64,000 nucleotides of DNA, taken from assembly GCF_000143415.4 (NCBI RefSeq), contig NW_003314403.1, positions 4,316 to 68,315 on the forward strand, given 5' to 3'. A program made the translations under genes and the position numbers. This DNA comes from Selaginella moellendorffii. Lineage: Eukaryota > Plantae > Lycopodiophyta. The notes below the pieces were generated by a model. That model did not search any database and was not told where the DNA came from. It saw only the letters and a program-made list of their open reading frames with translations. Positions 21,375-34,746 of this stretch are shown in pieces (the first letter of the stretch is position 1; the number at the start of each line of letters is the position of its first letter).

Positions 21375-22665
21375 ACCAACAACTCATAGCTCATAGTTTA
21401 TAGCTTGTGGCTCACTTTCTTTTGTGGGATGAAAAATTGGGCTAAGAGAGGTTGGTTCATAAATGGGCAAATAGCAATACCATATATTCAACTTAGGCAA
21501 TTTGTATATTTGAGGTTGTTGAATAACAAATAAAGAAAAAACCCAACTTTCGTGGTTTCATTGTAGATGCTACTGGTGCTAATTGGATTGTTGTGCAACA
21601 AGCATTTGTAAGTGATAAAAGTCAACTGTAACAAAGTAGAAAAAAGAGCTATAAGTTTTATTGGGCAACAAGTATCAATGAACATTGCCAATGTATTAAG
21701 TCTAACTTTTATAACAAGTTCAAGCAACTTTGTTAGGAATGGATGAACACACCAATTAAAAAAAAGCATGAGGCAAAGGCAAATGATATATGCTTATGGT
21801 GGCATGGAGACAAAATACTAATTAAACACCTTCCACATCTGAAATGCTATTTTAGTGGGAAATGCAAGTATGCTACATACTTTAACTGGAACACTCTATT
21901 TATAATCAAACAGCTCTCGGCAAGGAAAACTCAATCCACAACCTAGAGCTAATTCCACTGCTACATTCGCTCCAGCTTTAGGGAGATGTGAATTGCACTA
22001 CCTTTTAGAGTTCGGGTTTAGGGTATATAGTTTAAGTAATTTTATTGTAGTTTGTATATAAAGTCTTTGTTTCCCTGATTGTCTCTTTTCAGAAATTGAG
22101 ATTAAAAAATATCAAGGTATAATCGATCAAAGCACATCCATTGATCACAATCACAGACACTTCTTGACTATCTCTCATGCTATTAAATTATCTTTGGATA
22201 GAATATCTCCAGGAATCTTAGTAGGACGATCGCATTTCTAGATTCTTTTCGTACAAATATGGTACGGAGCCAAGGGGCTCCTGGCATTTTATGGCGTTAT
22301 ACAGCGGGTTTAGGGTATATAGTTTAAAGTTATGGGCATGTCTTCTAGGTGAGCGTGGCTGCCTTCTCTTGCTATTTGTGTGCCTCCTTTCACACGATGG
22401 CTTTAGTGATTTTTGTGGTTCTGCAGTAACGGGACCCAGCCAACTATTAGCAAGCCTTGTTCATGCTTTGGGAATTTTATTTTGTAGATGTTGTGGAAGT
22501 GATTCTGCTGAAGTTTGAAGATCAACATAAAGAAAGTTGAAAACTAACTCATAAAGAACTATGACCTTTTTTGTCAGAGTACGAACTCTGGGACTTAACA
22601 TTTTCTTTTTGTCAAACTTTTGTTATGATAGCTGCTCTCGCGTTTAAATCAATTTCCTTTAGATT

Positions 22666-24346
22666 TCAGTGTTTCTTCTTGGTGGTGATCTTGTCCCCAC
22701 CCAAGAAGCGTGGGAGATGGAGCAGCGAGTTCACTCTCGTCACACCATCCAGTGCTGACCACTCGTTCTCGTCCGTGGCCAGGCACTCCTTGAGGCTCCG
22801 GCTCTTGCTCGCCTCGCTCCGCCCGCTCCGACAATGATGGAGCTTGATCATCCCCGATGGCGGCTGCTGCTGCTTTAGATCGTCTTCTGTAATCTCTGCC
22901 ACCACAATCTCCTCCTCCTGCTGCTTCATTGCCGGAGCCGCGGGTACTTTCGTTTCCTCCCTGGATACTCCGCTCACCTTTTTCTTCACCACTGCTTCTT
23001 GGGTGGCGGTGGCGTCTTTGCCTTTGTTGAGGTAGAGGCACACCACTGCGCAGTCATCCATCTTCGATGTTGGGTACTTGAGCCTCCAAGCTCTAACGGC
23101 GGATTCGACCAGCGATCGAGCCGATGTCGTCTTTGTTGGAGCTGTGGCCACAATCTTGACGACTTCTTCGTTGCTCAGCACGTCCCACACCTGAAAGTAA
23201 AAAAGAGAAACTAAGAACTTCAAACTTAAAAAATGGTGACTTTGTCTACTCACCCCGTCCGTAGCAAGAACAACAAATTGATCTCTTTCTGTGATACGGT
23301 AGTATGACACCTCTGGGACTGCAATCACTCCAAAGTCCTTGAGACAAAAATCACCAAACGCCCTCGCCATGGCCAGCCCCGGTGAATTGTCGTGCGGTAG
23401 CCACACACGGGCAACTTCGGGTTCGTCGTGTAAGGCAAAAACTCGACCTTTGCACTGCCTTATTCTCTCTGCTTCTTCTGCTGACGAACACCAAGGTCAC
23501 ACACACATTTCCAAGTCGTACTAGAGATATTCATACCGGGCAAATTGGGTTTGAGATCGACAGTTAGCTGAACTGCTCGTATAGAGTTGTCATCCGCTCG
23601 AGATCCCATTACCGCTCTCGAGTCCCCAACGTTACCAAGAACCAGTTCGTCTCCCTGCGCACAGGAACAAAGAGCCATTGGCAACACAGAAAAGCTTGAA
23701 CAAGACCTGCTTGATGAGCGTCACAGCCGTGGTTCCACTGCAGAAACAGTCGATGATGGGATGAACGCGAAGATCTTTGTCCATCACCTTGTACGACTTG
23801 AGATGCGTTTCCTTCCACACCTTGAACATTTCAGGCTCCTGTGCCTCCTCGCCGGAGTCACTCCCCGGTAGCACCTGTTCTTCGGCTTTCTCGGACTCGC
23901 CACCATCGGACAAGTTCTTCGACTCCGTAGCCTCCTGCCAGTAGGCGAGCAGCTTTGATGGAAGCGAGTCTCTCACCCTCCGGGCGACAAGATGGCCATA
24001 AGGGCCGTGGCCATCGAAAACGCCACAGAAAGTTGTATCTTTTCGGGAACAAAAGCTCTAAACCAAAAGAGAGTCTTTAGCAAACGAAAGCGACACAGGA
24101 CCCAAAAGAAATTCTTCTCACCTCCCACACGATCATGGCGTCCTGATTGACACCTTTTCGCCCTTGCTGCGTGAAGAGACAGGCAGCGCTGTTGGAAGCT
24201 CCATTGGAACAGATCCTCCCGGTGACCAGCGCAAGCCTTTGATCGTGCCGCGCCTCCGCTGCCAAGGCCTCCCGCGCCTCCTTTTTCCTGTCCTTCCTAC
24301 CAGAGTGGCTTCTCTCTTGCTCCTCGCACGAAAGGCAGGACCCCAT
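22666..24346 (-). CDS. Protein phosphatase 2C (multi-exon)
   Basis: MGSCLS start; QQGRKGVNQDAM, GVFDGHGPYGH, CSGTTAVT, GNVGDSRAV, GLAMARAFGDFCLK, LATDG, KMDDCAVVC; GT-AG introns. Confidence 0.95.
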
Positions 24347-25423
24347 GAGGGCCCTGATGATTGTCGCCGCACACTCCACCTTGGATGCTCCACTAGTGTC
24401 CTGCGTTGCTCCAGCCGCTACGGATCGAGATCTTCGCAAGACTCATCGCTGCTGGGTTGAATTCTGGCACGCTGCCGCCGCGATTGACACTGCGTTCCTG
24501 CCGTCATCGGGCGGGATCTTCCAATTCACCCATGCAAAAGCCCCAATTCCCGGCCACAGCGCCTCGTCCCCGATTGCTGTGGCCTCGTAAATTCCCGGTA
24601 CAGTACGATGTGGTATGGAGAGCTGTAGAGGGCGTGCTTTCGCTAGAAATTCCGTGAATCTTGGGCGCCAGACAAGAATCCACCCATTTCCTGGCTATCC
24701 CTACCTGGATCCAAAACCCTGCTCGGATGAGATTGATCGCAGCGCCTTGCTTGCGCGGCGCGAGCTGGAAGTCACAGGTAGCTTGTGAGGATTAGTGCGT
24801 CGTCTTGGCGGCGCTCCCTCTCGTCGCGCTCCCAAAGACGCTCACTCCACGCGGGCGCCAAAAAGAATCTTCCGACTCGGAATGCCCAGCCAGCCGCCGG
24901 CAAAAATTCCGAAACGGAAGATCAGTCTGCCACGTGGCGCAAATTCGGTCATCTGCGACGGATGTGGTAACGGCCGGTCGGGATGCTTACACGTGGCCGC
25001 GGATATTCCCGCCTTGCACGGATTAAGGGATAAGGTTTAGTCAATCATGGAGCTTTCTAGAGGACGCTACTAAACAACTGCTCGCATTTAAAGCTCTGGG
25101 CGTTCCATTCCATTCTTCAGTGTCCTATTTCCTTTTCTCTTCCCATTCACCACACGTGAACATGGTAAGTTTGATCCAATCAAATTGGTAGTAGAAAAGA
25201 GTCACGGTGTATAAGTAGCATACCTGAAAGAAAGGAGCCACCGAAAAAAAAAATGCCCATGGTGGTGATGATACGTTTTAGAGGAATTCTGTGCTTTCTT
25301 TCCTTTTTGTTGTTCTTGAGTGAGTAGGTCATCCATCTAGAAGGAACAGACAAACAAGCTTGATTGTCTCAGAATCGAAACGAGAAAAGAGAAAGTTTCA
25401 CGTACGTTTTGGGTTTTGGCGTG

Positions 25424-27267
25424 TCACGGAGTAGGAGCTGAAGTTTCCATGGCGGTGGCGTCCCTTTTGGAGGATGATCTGTTGAGCAAGTACTGTATCT
25501 TACACATTGTCACCATCTGTGCCGGATCGTTTTGAGTCCGTGACATCTCTTGGAGCTTGATCTTCTCGAAGAGATACCGCCGCTCCGCCTCGGCTTCGTT
25601 GAGTCGGAGCTTGAGATACCTGCTCGCGTACTCCTCCTCCACTTTCTCTGACTTGGCCAGAGCAATCCGCTGGAGATCATCCGCGTCGCGCCTTGCCTCG
25701 TCTGCTCGCTGCTGGAACATCTCCGCCTCCGCCTGCTTCAGCCGGATGATCGTCTCCAGCTCTTCAATCTGCTGCCTCTTGCGCTGCCTCTCGATCTGGA
25801 GCTCTGTAAGTTCCCTCCTCTTGTCCTCCACCTCCCTGTCGCACGACTCAAGGGACAGCCGAGCTCGCTTCACGTCCACGACCTTCTCAGCAGCAACGCT
25901 CTCCATCTTTGAAACGGCCTCTTTCACCACTTCCGCGATACGTGAGCAAGCCTCCTGCGGCTCCACGACTTTTTTATCCTCGCTCGAATCATCCGCTTCC
26001 TCCACCTCCGTTTCTAGGGGCAGAATGAAAAAAATTGAGCAAAATAGAACAAAACCGTACCTTGGAAAAGCCGGTGTATTTCCTTGAGAACAACGCTCAC
26101 ATCGGTCCCACTTCGAAGCCTCTCGAGCGACTCGTGAGCCTTCTCATGGAGTTTTTTACCATTCTGGTCCTCGCTGCCATGGAAAATCCGCCGCAAGCTG
26201 TCCAGCTCCCGCACGAGCTCGTTGATATCCCAGTCGGAGGAACACGCTCGAAAAACATCCCTGGCCCAGCCCAAGAGCTCCGACGTGCCACCGCAAGCCC
26301 GGCACCTGAAAATCATCTCGGGAGCAGCAGCAGCTCCGCCACCTTTCTTCTTCTTGGAGCTGGTTCCCGTTGTGATCTGCCGAGCTCGCATCGCACAGTC
26401 GGTGTGAGTCCAGTGCGAGCAAGAGTCGCATCCCACCCAGCGGCAGGTGTTGACGTCGAAATCAAACTTCCCGCAGAGGAGGCACATACACGAGCTGCAA
26501 AAGCCCGTCTTGGCGCTGCAAACTTCGCAGCTACAGTCGTCCACGGGGATCTGAACGTGACATGCCATGTTGCGGCACCTGGTGTGGAAGAAAACTTCGA
26601 CGAGAGCCGACTGGGTGACGCATATATCCGGGTGGAGGAACGCCTGGATCCCAGTCTTGATCGCCACCAGCAGCTCTAGCTGTGTCCGGTGGGATCGCAT
26701 GAGTGAAGCGGGAGACAAATCTCCTCGCGCCTGGACGAGCTTCTGGAGGAGCACGAATTCCTCCCTTTGCCTCGGCCCACCCATGCCGGTCAGAACCTCG
26801 CGGAGCTCCGCCTTGAGCTCTTCCAGGTACTCGTCGGGCTGTGCGTGGAACCTGCTGGCCAGGGCCTCGATGGGAGCTTGCGCTATGTCGCGGAGCTGGA
26901 TCCTGTCCATGTTTACCACCTGGTGGACGACCGTGGAGTGATCGTGATCGTGTTCGTGTTGATCTTCCTCCTTCAGGAGCTTGTCCCTCTCTCTCTCGCC
27001 ATCGCTCTTGGCCACCGTCGCCGCCTCCGCCGGCAATCTTCTTGCCTCTTCCCCTGTTCTTTCCGTCGGCCAGGTCTCGCGAGAGCTGGCGCTCTCCGAC
27101 GGCGATTCCCGGCGGCGATCTGGCGATGGGCACGCATCCGACGATGCGAGGGAGAGAGACGTACCGCGAGATTGTGGCGGAGGAGGGGGAGGCGGCGCCG
27201 CTGCGCCTGGCGGCTTGCGATCCAGGGACAGACCCTGGCCCTCGCTGTAAGACCAGCTGCGCTTCAT
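25424..27267 (-). CDS. OBERON-like PHD-finger/coiled-coil protein (2 exons)
   Basis: RCRNMAC..CSCEVC..GFCSSCMC..CRWVGCDSCSHWTHTDCA PHD; C-terminal LKQAEAEMFQ..ADEARR..EEEYASRYLKLRL coiled coil. Confidence 0.93.
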
Positions 27268-27987
27268 AACGATCTTGGACTAGGTGTGGACGAAATCCGC
27301 GAAATCCAGCCCCAGCGCCTAGGAATCCGACCTCATTGCAAGCAAAATGTGGCAAGATAGTGCCGGGAATGCCCCTGATAGCCTCGATCCACGAACCCTA
27401 GAAGAACGCTGGGGAGCCCTCTCCCATCGGTTAGTTTACTAGAGCTAAGCTTCGAGAACGCCACCGGGTTTCTCTCCATATCTACCAGAATCTTCCCGCA
27501 TATTCCGTTCAACATCTGACCTGGTCAGCGTGCCGGGAGATTGTGACCGGCTGGTGGCGCGAAAGTGGCGGTGACCAACGCACGCGCCACCCAGTGTAGC
27601 CGGTGGCTAGTGCGGTGGTCAGCCGGTCAGCCGGTCGGGCGACCTGGTTGGTGGACGCGAGACTTATGCTCCAATCCGATTTAGTCTCCGCAGTACAAGT
27701 CAAAGTCAAACTGTGTTTTCCTCTTCGCATTTACTAATGCCAGACAATAGCGTGCAAATACCGTTTGATAATGGACGGCTCGGATCAGGCTTTGCGTGAC
27801 GCATTTGCCAGGCAGATAAGAATCTCTTACCTTTAAGCTAAACAAAAGTGGTAGCTCTAATAAGAATGGAATATCCACCTTCGATTCCGACGCGTATCAC
27901 AAGATTGACCATTCAAAGTCAAAGCAGCGTGTTTTTAGTACTCAAATACTCGCCTCCTCCATTGAAGAAAGTTCTTCACAGACGACC

Positions 27988-29064
27988 ATGGCGTCCTCCT
28001 CGATTTTCCGCATTGCAGCGTTCCTCCTTCTGATCGTCCTCTCGAGTTCTTGTGCTCGAGCGCAAGATGGATCATGCTCGGAGACCAGGCTATGCCCCTC
28101 CGGGATGTGCTGCAGCCGGTTTGGATTCTGTGGCACCACCGATGCCTACTGCGGTGTCGATTGCCAATTCCAGTGCCCAGGATCATCAAATCCTCCTTCG
28201 GTTCCAAGCCCAGCAGCACCCAGCCAAAACACGGGCGTGATCGCCACTTACTGGGGACAGGATGGCGGAGAAGGAAGCTTGCTCGATGCTTGCAACTCGG
28301 GGAACTACCGGATCATCATGGTCTCGTTCCTCTCCCAGTTTGGAAACGGCCAGACTCCGGTGCTCAATCTCGCCGGACATTGCGATCCAGCGGGTGGGAC
28401 TTGCACCGGATTAAGCTCCGAGATCAGCCAGTGCCAGCAGCTGGGGATCCGAGTGCTGCTCTCCATTGGTGGCAGCGCTGGAAGCTACGGCCTCTCATCG
28501 AGCAGCGATGCCCAGTCCGTGGCGAGCTACATCTGGAATACCTTCCTCGGCGGGAGCTCCAGCTCTCGGCCCCTCGGCAGTGCCGTACTCGACGGCGTCG
28601 ACTTTGACATTGAGAGAGGTGCCGTTCCACAGCTCTACGTTGATCTGGCGAGAGCTCTCCGCGGATTCGATGGATCTATGATCCTGGCTGCAGCTCCACA
28701 GTGTCCAATCCCAGATGCCAACCTCGGATCCACAATCCAAATCTCGGGCCTCTTCAACTACATCTTCGTCCAGTTCTACAACAATCCTTCGTGCCAGTTT
28801 GATGGCAGTAGTGCATCAAACATCCTCTCTTCTTGGAACTCGTGGGTGTCCGACTCGGTCACGCCATCCTCGGCCAGGGTTTTCATGGGATTGCCGGCAT
28901 CGTCCTCGGCTGCTCAATCTGGAGGATTCATGCCAAGCTCTACTTTGATCTCCCAAGTTCTTCCTACAATCAGATCTTCTCCGAAATATGGCGGCGTCAT
29001 GCTCTATGCTGTGAGTTTTGACCGCCAGACCTCCTACAGTAGCTCCATTCGCTCCAGCGTCTAG
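27988..29064 (+). CDS. Secreted GH18 class III chitinase with N-terminal hevein-like (CBM18) domain
   Basis: Signal peptide; [21 protein letters not shown]; P/S linker; [42 protein letters not shown]; intronless. Confidence 0.95.
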   Translation: MASSSIFRIAAFLLLIVLSSSCARAQDGSCSETRLCPSGMCCSRFGFCGTTDAYCGVDCQFQCPGSSNPPSVPSPAAPSQNTGVIATYWGQDGGEGSLLDACNSGNYRIIMVSFLSQFGNGQTPVLNLAGHCDPAGGTCTGLSSEISQCQQLGIRVLLSIGGSAGSYGLSSSSDAQSVASYIWNTFLGGSSSSRPLGSAVLDGVDFDIERGAVPQLYVDLARALRGFDGSMILAAAPQCPIPDANLGSTIQISGLFNYIFVQFYNNPSCQFDGSSASNILSSWNSWVSDSVTPSSARVFMGLPASSSAAQSGGFMPSSTLISQVLPTIRSSPKYGGVMLYAVSFDRQTSYSSSIRSSV

Positions 29065-29195
29065 AGCGCTTAAATGTTCGTGGCGCTAATCTTGATTTTA
29101 AATTCAGTGAATATACTATACTTATTCTGTCCTTGACCGTTTGAAATTGGACGGTCCCGATCAAGTTTGGTCCTTTTAGGTCTAGGGTATTGGCT

Positions 29196-32100
29196 ATGGA
29201 GGAGTTTCTGGATGTTCTGACGCCAGAAGGCGCGCACGCTGGATTCTCCAAGCCCAGGTATCGCGTAGCGATTCATGGATTAGAGCTGAGTCTGATGCCC
29301 TGAGAATGCCAGGAATTTGGTGCACAGAGATGGCGACTACCATCGAGCAGTGCAGGTGTGCATCTATGCCGAGAGCACGAAGCAAATCCTCTTGCAAAAG
29401 CGAGCGGATTGCAAGGACTCATGGCCCGGGCTGTGGGACATTTCGTCCGCTGGGCATATCTCCGCCGGGGACACCTCGCTACACACTGTCAGGTTTTCTC
29501 TTTAGTTTGTCTCGATGATTTAGTAGAAACGAACGCTTTACTTCTGTAGGAAAGAGCTGGAAGAAGAGCTTGGGATCATCTTACCGGAGGATGCTTTTGA
29601 GCTTCTCTTCGTCTTCCTACAAAGAGTGTAAGCTTTTTTCCTTCTTCTTTATGTAAACTGGATCTCACTGTGTGTGCCTGGGTATAGCGCCCTTAACGAC
29701 GGGAAGTTTATAAACAATGAGTACAACGATGTCTACCTTGTGACAACCATCGATCCCATGCCTTTGGAGGCTTTCACGCTTCAGGTGGCTTAAGTTTTAG
29801 GTGCGTGAGTTTGCGGTATTTTGTCTTACCGGAGTTTTTAAGTCTGGTAGGAGTCAGAAGTTTCCGATGTCAAGTATATGTCCATTGAAGAGTACAAGAT
29901 GGCTTTGATCAAGAAGGATCCAGCTTATCTTCCATATGACATGGATAAAGAATATCACTTCCTGTTTTCGTCTCTAGAGAAGAGGTACGCATTTGTTTAT
30001 CACTTCTTTGCTTCCTTACTCTCTCGCTACTCAGATACGCATCAGACGCCAAGCATAGAATCTCGACTTTGCAGAGCCAACTGAGTCGCTATTGTCCCGT
30101 CAATCTGACTGGAGAGGTGAGAATGGTGCATGAAATGAATTGGCACTGGCTCTTGTCTGTTGCAGATTGGTGGCGTCAGCGACGGGGACATCAAGGCATT
30201 GTCTTACACGATACGCGCGGCACAGATTCTGGATAGAATATTTATCGAGCAGGTGCATAATCGTCATCTAACCTTTTAGTTCTTCATGTAATGTGTCAGG
30301 AATGTTCGAGCAACCCGGACTTAAGTTCCTGGCTGGAAAAGAATGGCGAGAACTCAGAGCTCGACCACCTGAAGCTTTCTTATTTCCGGATCAATAAAAG
30401 CCCATGGTATGATGCGTTACGAATCGCCGACCGGTTACTCACTCCTGTTCGTGTAGGTCTTGTCTTGATGAAAACGAAGCGTTCCTGACAACTGCTGATT
30501 CTGCGATTAAATCTACGAAAGCAACGGTACGAAGTGTTCACGGCTGGAATGGCTTGGAATACAGAGCTGCATTTCCGGTGATTAAGCCTCCTGGAGCAAA
30601 CTTTTATCCTCTGGACATGGACAAAGCGGTAAGCCATTTGGAGTGTCGTTGCTGGTTCACAGATAGTTTGTGGCAGGAGTTTGAGGCTTGGAAGTCCACA
30701 CTAAACGAACAGGAAAAAGAAGATGCAATCGCGTTTTTTACTGTTATTCGGAGAAATGCTACTGATGCTAGCCGCGGATTATTTCTCCGGAAATACTCGG
30801 AGGAGTACAAGCCATATCTTGTAGATGCGGCCAAGCTTCTCAATACTGCCGGAGATTGTGCTGATACCCCCAGGTAAAGAAGCCTGCTAACAAATTGTCG
30901 CCTAACACGTTCTAGCTACAAAGTCTGCAGCGCCTTCTCAAGGCAAAAGCAGAATCATTTGTTTCTAATGACTATTTTGATTCCGACGTTGCGTGGATTG
31001 AGCTGGTATGGCGTTTTATGTCATAGACAATCCATAACGGAAATGTTTTCCTTCTGCAGGAGTCCGCAATTGACGTTACTATCGGGCCCTACGAGACGTA
31101 TGAAGATGCATTATTTGGTTATAAGGTTGGGCTCCAACCAGTTTTTTGCTACATCAAATTTGAGTTTTTTCTTTCTCCTGTTTTAGGCGACTTTTGAAGC
31201 TTTTATCGGAGTTCGCGATCATGTAGCGACAGAGCAAGTTCGTCTTTTCAGTGGACAACTGCAGGTGTGGTCCTTTCCGTCGACCTTTCTTTTCTAAACT
31301 TTCTACGCGTGCAAGAACCCAGACTTTGGAAGACAATCTACCTTTGGCTGACAAGTACAAGTCTACGAACGTAAAAGCTTCTCCGATCCGTGTGATTCAA
31401 TTGATATTTAACTCTGGAGTAAGTAGCGAACAATATCTCTTCACTCCTTGTATTCATCTCTCGTTTACAGGACGTCAAGGGTCCACAAACTGTGGCATTC
31501 AACTTGCCTAATGATGAGAGGATTGTAAAGGAGAGAGGCAGCGCTATGGTTATGCTCAAGAACGTCTCGCAAACAAAGTAAGCACGCACTCTCTGGAGTA
31601 ACTAGATACATTCAACGTGCTTTTCCTCGTTGCAGATTTGACCAGATATTGTTGCCAATTGCAAAAGTCTGCATTGCCGAGTCACAGAAACACTATGTGG
31701 ATTTCGAGGCTTTCTTTGCGCACACAATTTGCCATGAATGCTGTCATGGAATTGGTCCACATACTATTGTTCTCCCAGATGGAAGGGAGTCGACTGTGAG
31801 GCTGGTACGCCATCAGTTCAATTTTTTTTCACTTGCATGACTGACAACACAACATTACAGGAGTTGCAAGAGTGCCATTCTTCATTGGAGGAGGCTAAAG
31901 CTGACGTGGTAGGCTTGTGGGCTCTTCATTATCTGCTGGATCAGGTATGGAGTAAACATTCAGCTCTCGATTAAACGCTATCTCCCTTGCAAACGCAGGG
32001 ACTACTTTCCAGGGACTTGGAAAAATCTATGTATGTCTCTTTTCTGGCTGGTTGCTTTCGTTCCATAAGGTTTGGCTTGGAGGAGGCTCACGGGTAAGCA

Positions 32101-32549
32101 AGCATTTTTCTTTCCATTCTTATTTCTTACTGACGGTGGGATCTCAACAGCAAAGGACAAGCATTGCAATTCAACTGGATTTACAACAAAGGAGGATTCG
32201 AGCTCAACTCGGATGGCACATTCTCTATCAATTTTCACAAGGTAAGCGCCGGCTCCTCTTCCCTGACTTCTAAGTAATTGCTCGTGGACTCTCCTCAGGT
32301 GAGGGACGCAGTGAAGAGCCTCTGTACCGAGATTATGACTGTTCAGGCTCTAGGGGACAAGGCCGCCGCCATTTCTCTTCTGAGCAAATACGCGACCGTG
32401 ACACCAGCACTGGAACGCATGCTCTCTCGGGTCAGAGACGCAAAGGTTTGCTTGATTTCTTTCGCGATTCTTGGCACATCTTTCTAGCTCTGTTAACGCA
32501 GATACCGGTGGATGTTGTCCCTTCTTTCGACGTGCTAGAGAGGCTTTGA
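29196..32549 (+). CDS. NUDT3: Nudix hydrolase 3-like (Nudix + dipeptidyl peptidase III/M49 domain), many short exons
   Basis: HRDGDYHRAV, WPGLWDISSAGHISAGD, ELEEELG, KPPGANFYP, IGPYETYED, AFNLPNDERIV, HTICHECCHGIGP, LEEAKAD. Confidence 0.93.
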
Positions 32550-32805
32550 AGCAAAAAGGAGTGGTGTTTAAAAGCAGATCTCTTCTTGCTTGGCAATACC
32601 AAATACCTTTCTCTTCCGAGGTTAACACTTACATGTCCCCTCGCAAATCGGTGGAGGGCACTCATTTGTCAATCACGCTAAGTTTCAAACAACCTTCTCT
32701 TGGACTAGAAATCACCTCTGCTCACCTGTGTATTAATTCCTACTAATCGAGACGGTCACTTGGATGTCCGAATCTGATCTTCGAAGGTCCGCCGCCCCAA
32801 CAAAT

Positions 32806-34746
32806 CTAACCAGCAGCCGCGACAGCCTCGCCCCGGCTAGCCGCCTCAATCGCAGCCTTTCCTATTGTCTCGCAGTTCTCGCCTTCCACCCTTCCATTCC
32901 TTTCATGCGGCGTATTCGCATCTGTATTGCCGTTTTCATCGCCCTGTATGTGATTTCCTGCGTCGCTGTTTCCTACGTCCTGACTTTGATTAGCGCGGCT
33001 GCCTCCTCCACCCTTTTGCAGTTGCTCCTGCAAGAGCAAGACATTGGATCAATCCAAATAGAACAAGGTCAGCGAACTTACGAGAAGAGCTGCATTCTCA
33101 GCCGCTAGTTTGTTCCGCTCCTCCATGGCTTGCTCCAGCTCCTGCCGCAAGCTCATGTTTTCCATGGTTAGACTCTCGACCCTTTGCGCTAGCTCCTCAC
33201 ACTCGGCCTGTGAATCACGCCATTGGTGAGACCAGACTAGATAGAAGAGCGTGAAAGTACCTGCTTTCGCAATCGTGAGCGCCTCGCTGATTCTCTGTTT
33301 GATTGCTTCCTTCGTTGCCGCTTAAGCTCGCGTTCATCCTGTTGCAAGTATAGAATTCAGTGCAATGAACGAGCCTGGAAATATTTACCTGCAGCCAGAG
33401 CTCGGGAGGAACCCCTTCCCTTCCGTGAGGTAACATTTGACCACTTGGCAAGGGCACCATTGACTGGGAACCACGCTTTCCTTTCCCAGACGACTGGTTT
33501 CCGGTGGGTGTTGAGCCCCAGTAATCCATCCCCATGTTAAGACTAGTGCCTACGCTGGCCTTCCCCCCGGCAGGATTTGAAGGAATACCCGGGGACACGA
33601 AAGCACTCCCGACTTGTCCAGAGTATCCGGGCTGCCCAGCACTAGGGGCCGATCCTGAAGCATGACTGCTTAATAAGCACCGACGTGTATTTTGATATCT
33701 TTGAAAAGATCTAAGTACCTTCGGCATTCATCTGTTCCGAGTTCCTCTTGTCGCCCTGAAAGATAAAGCCAAAACAAACGTAAGGCCGCGTAAAGTGTGA
33801 CAGAGACAAAGTTAAGTTATTACATCTTCGTCACTGCCATCACTGGATCCTTCACTTCCACTCTCGCCACTGTACAGAAACACAGAACAGAATGTTTCGA
33901 GTTTGAGCTATATATCGCAACAAGCAGCAGCGAGTATTACCTTTGTGACACTACACCGTTGGGAGCAGCGGTCTTAGCAGCAGCTTCTGCTCCTCCTTTA
34001 TTCAGCGTTCCGAGATTACCTAAGCTACTATTCTTCGACTTTTTCATGGGACTTCGCTCCTTGCCGTCGGAAGACTTGCCATCAGTATCCGTTGTAGCTC
34101 CCTGAAAGCACACAATCAGATTCCAAAGAACAGTTATGTGAAAGAGGCATACTTCAGTGGCGTTTCCCGGTGCTGGCATTCCATACTGGCCATAAGGATG
34201 TGGCCCCTGCACAAAGGATTCCTTCCATCAGCGGAAAGTCGATACCAACAACACCATACTCGTACCGGCGGCATGCCGTAGGGCGGATACATGGTTCCAT
34301 ATGGAGGTGGGGTCCCGTAAGGAGGCATCATCGGCTGCAAGAAAAAACCATCAAGTGAGCTACACATTCGTGACGCAGAGCAATGAAATTTACCTGAGCT
34401 CCCCACATATATGGATGCGGCTGATAGCCAGGAGGGGGCGTTCCACTATTGTAATAAGCCTGTAACAAAGTTCTAGATTCATGAGCAACACAAAACTAAA
34501 GGAAAGAAAATTCTCTATTCTCAGAGAAAAAAGCAAAGCAAAGCAAAGCTCTATCACACACACACACACCTGAAAAGCCGCTGCCCACTCGGGGTAAGTT
34601 GCGGGAGGAGATGGCTGATCCTGGTGCAAAATGCCACACAAAGTTAGAACGGAAAGAAAAAATTCTTCCTTGAGAGGAAGAGCCCCCACCTGCGCTGTGG
34701 ATGTCTTTGGAGTCTTAGTCGGCGTGGCTGCGTCCCCAGATCCCAT
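32806..34746 (-). CDS. G-box-binding factor (group G bZIP)
   Basis: YPEWAAAFQ, HPYMW, PMMPPYGTPPPY N-terminus; DERELKRQRRKQSNRESARRSRLRKQ basic region and leucine zipper. Confidence 0.93.

Noticed and set aside
21480-21950. Possible hAT transposase remnant (WW..LPHL)
   Set aside because: Too short and degenerate to support
26035-27360. Overlapping antisense and alternate-frame ORFs over the OBERON-like and other host genes
   Set aside because: Shadow ORFs of GC-rich coding sequence
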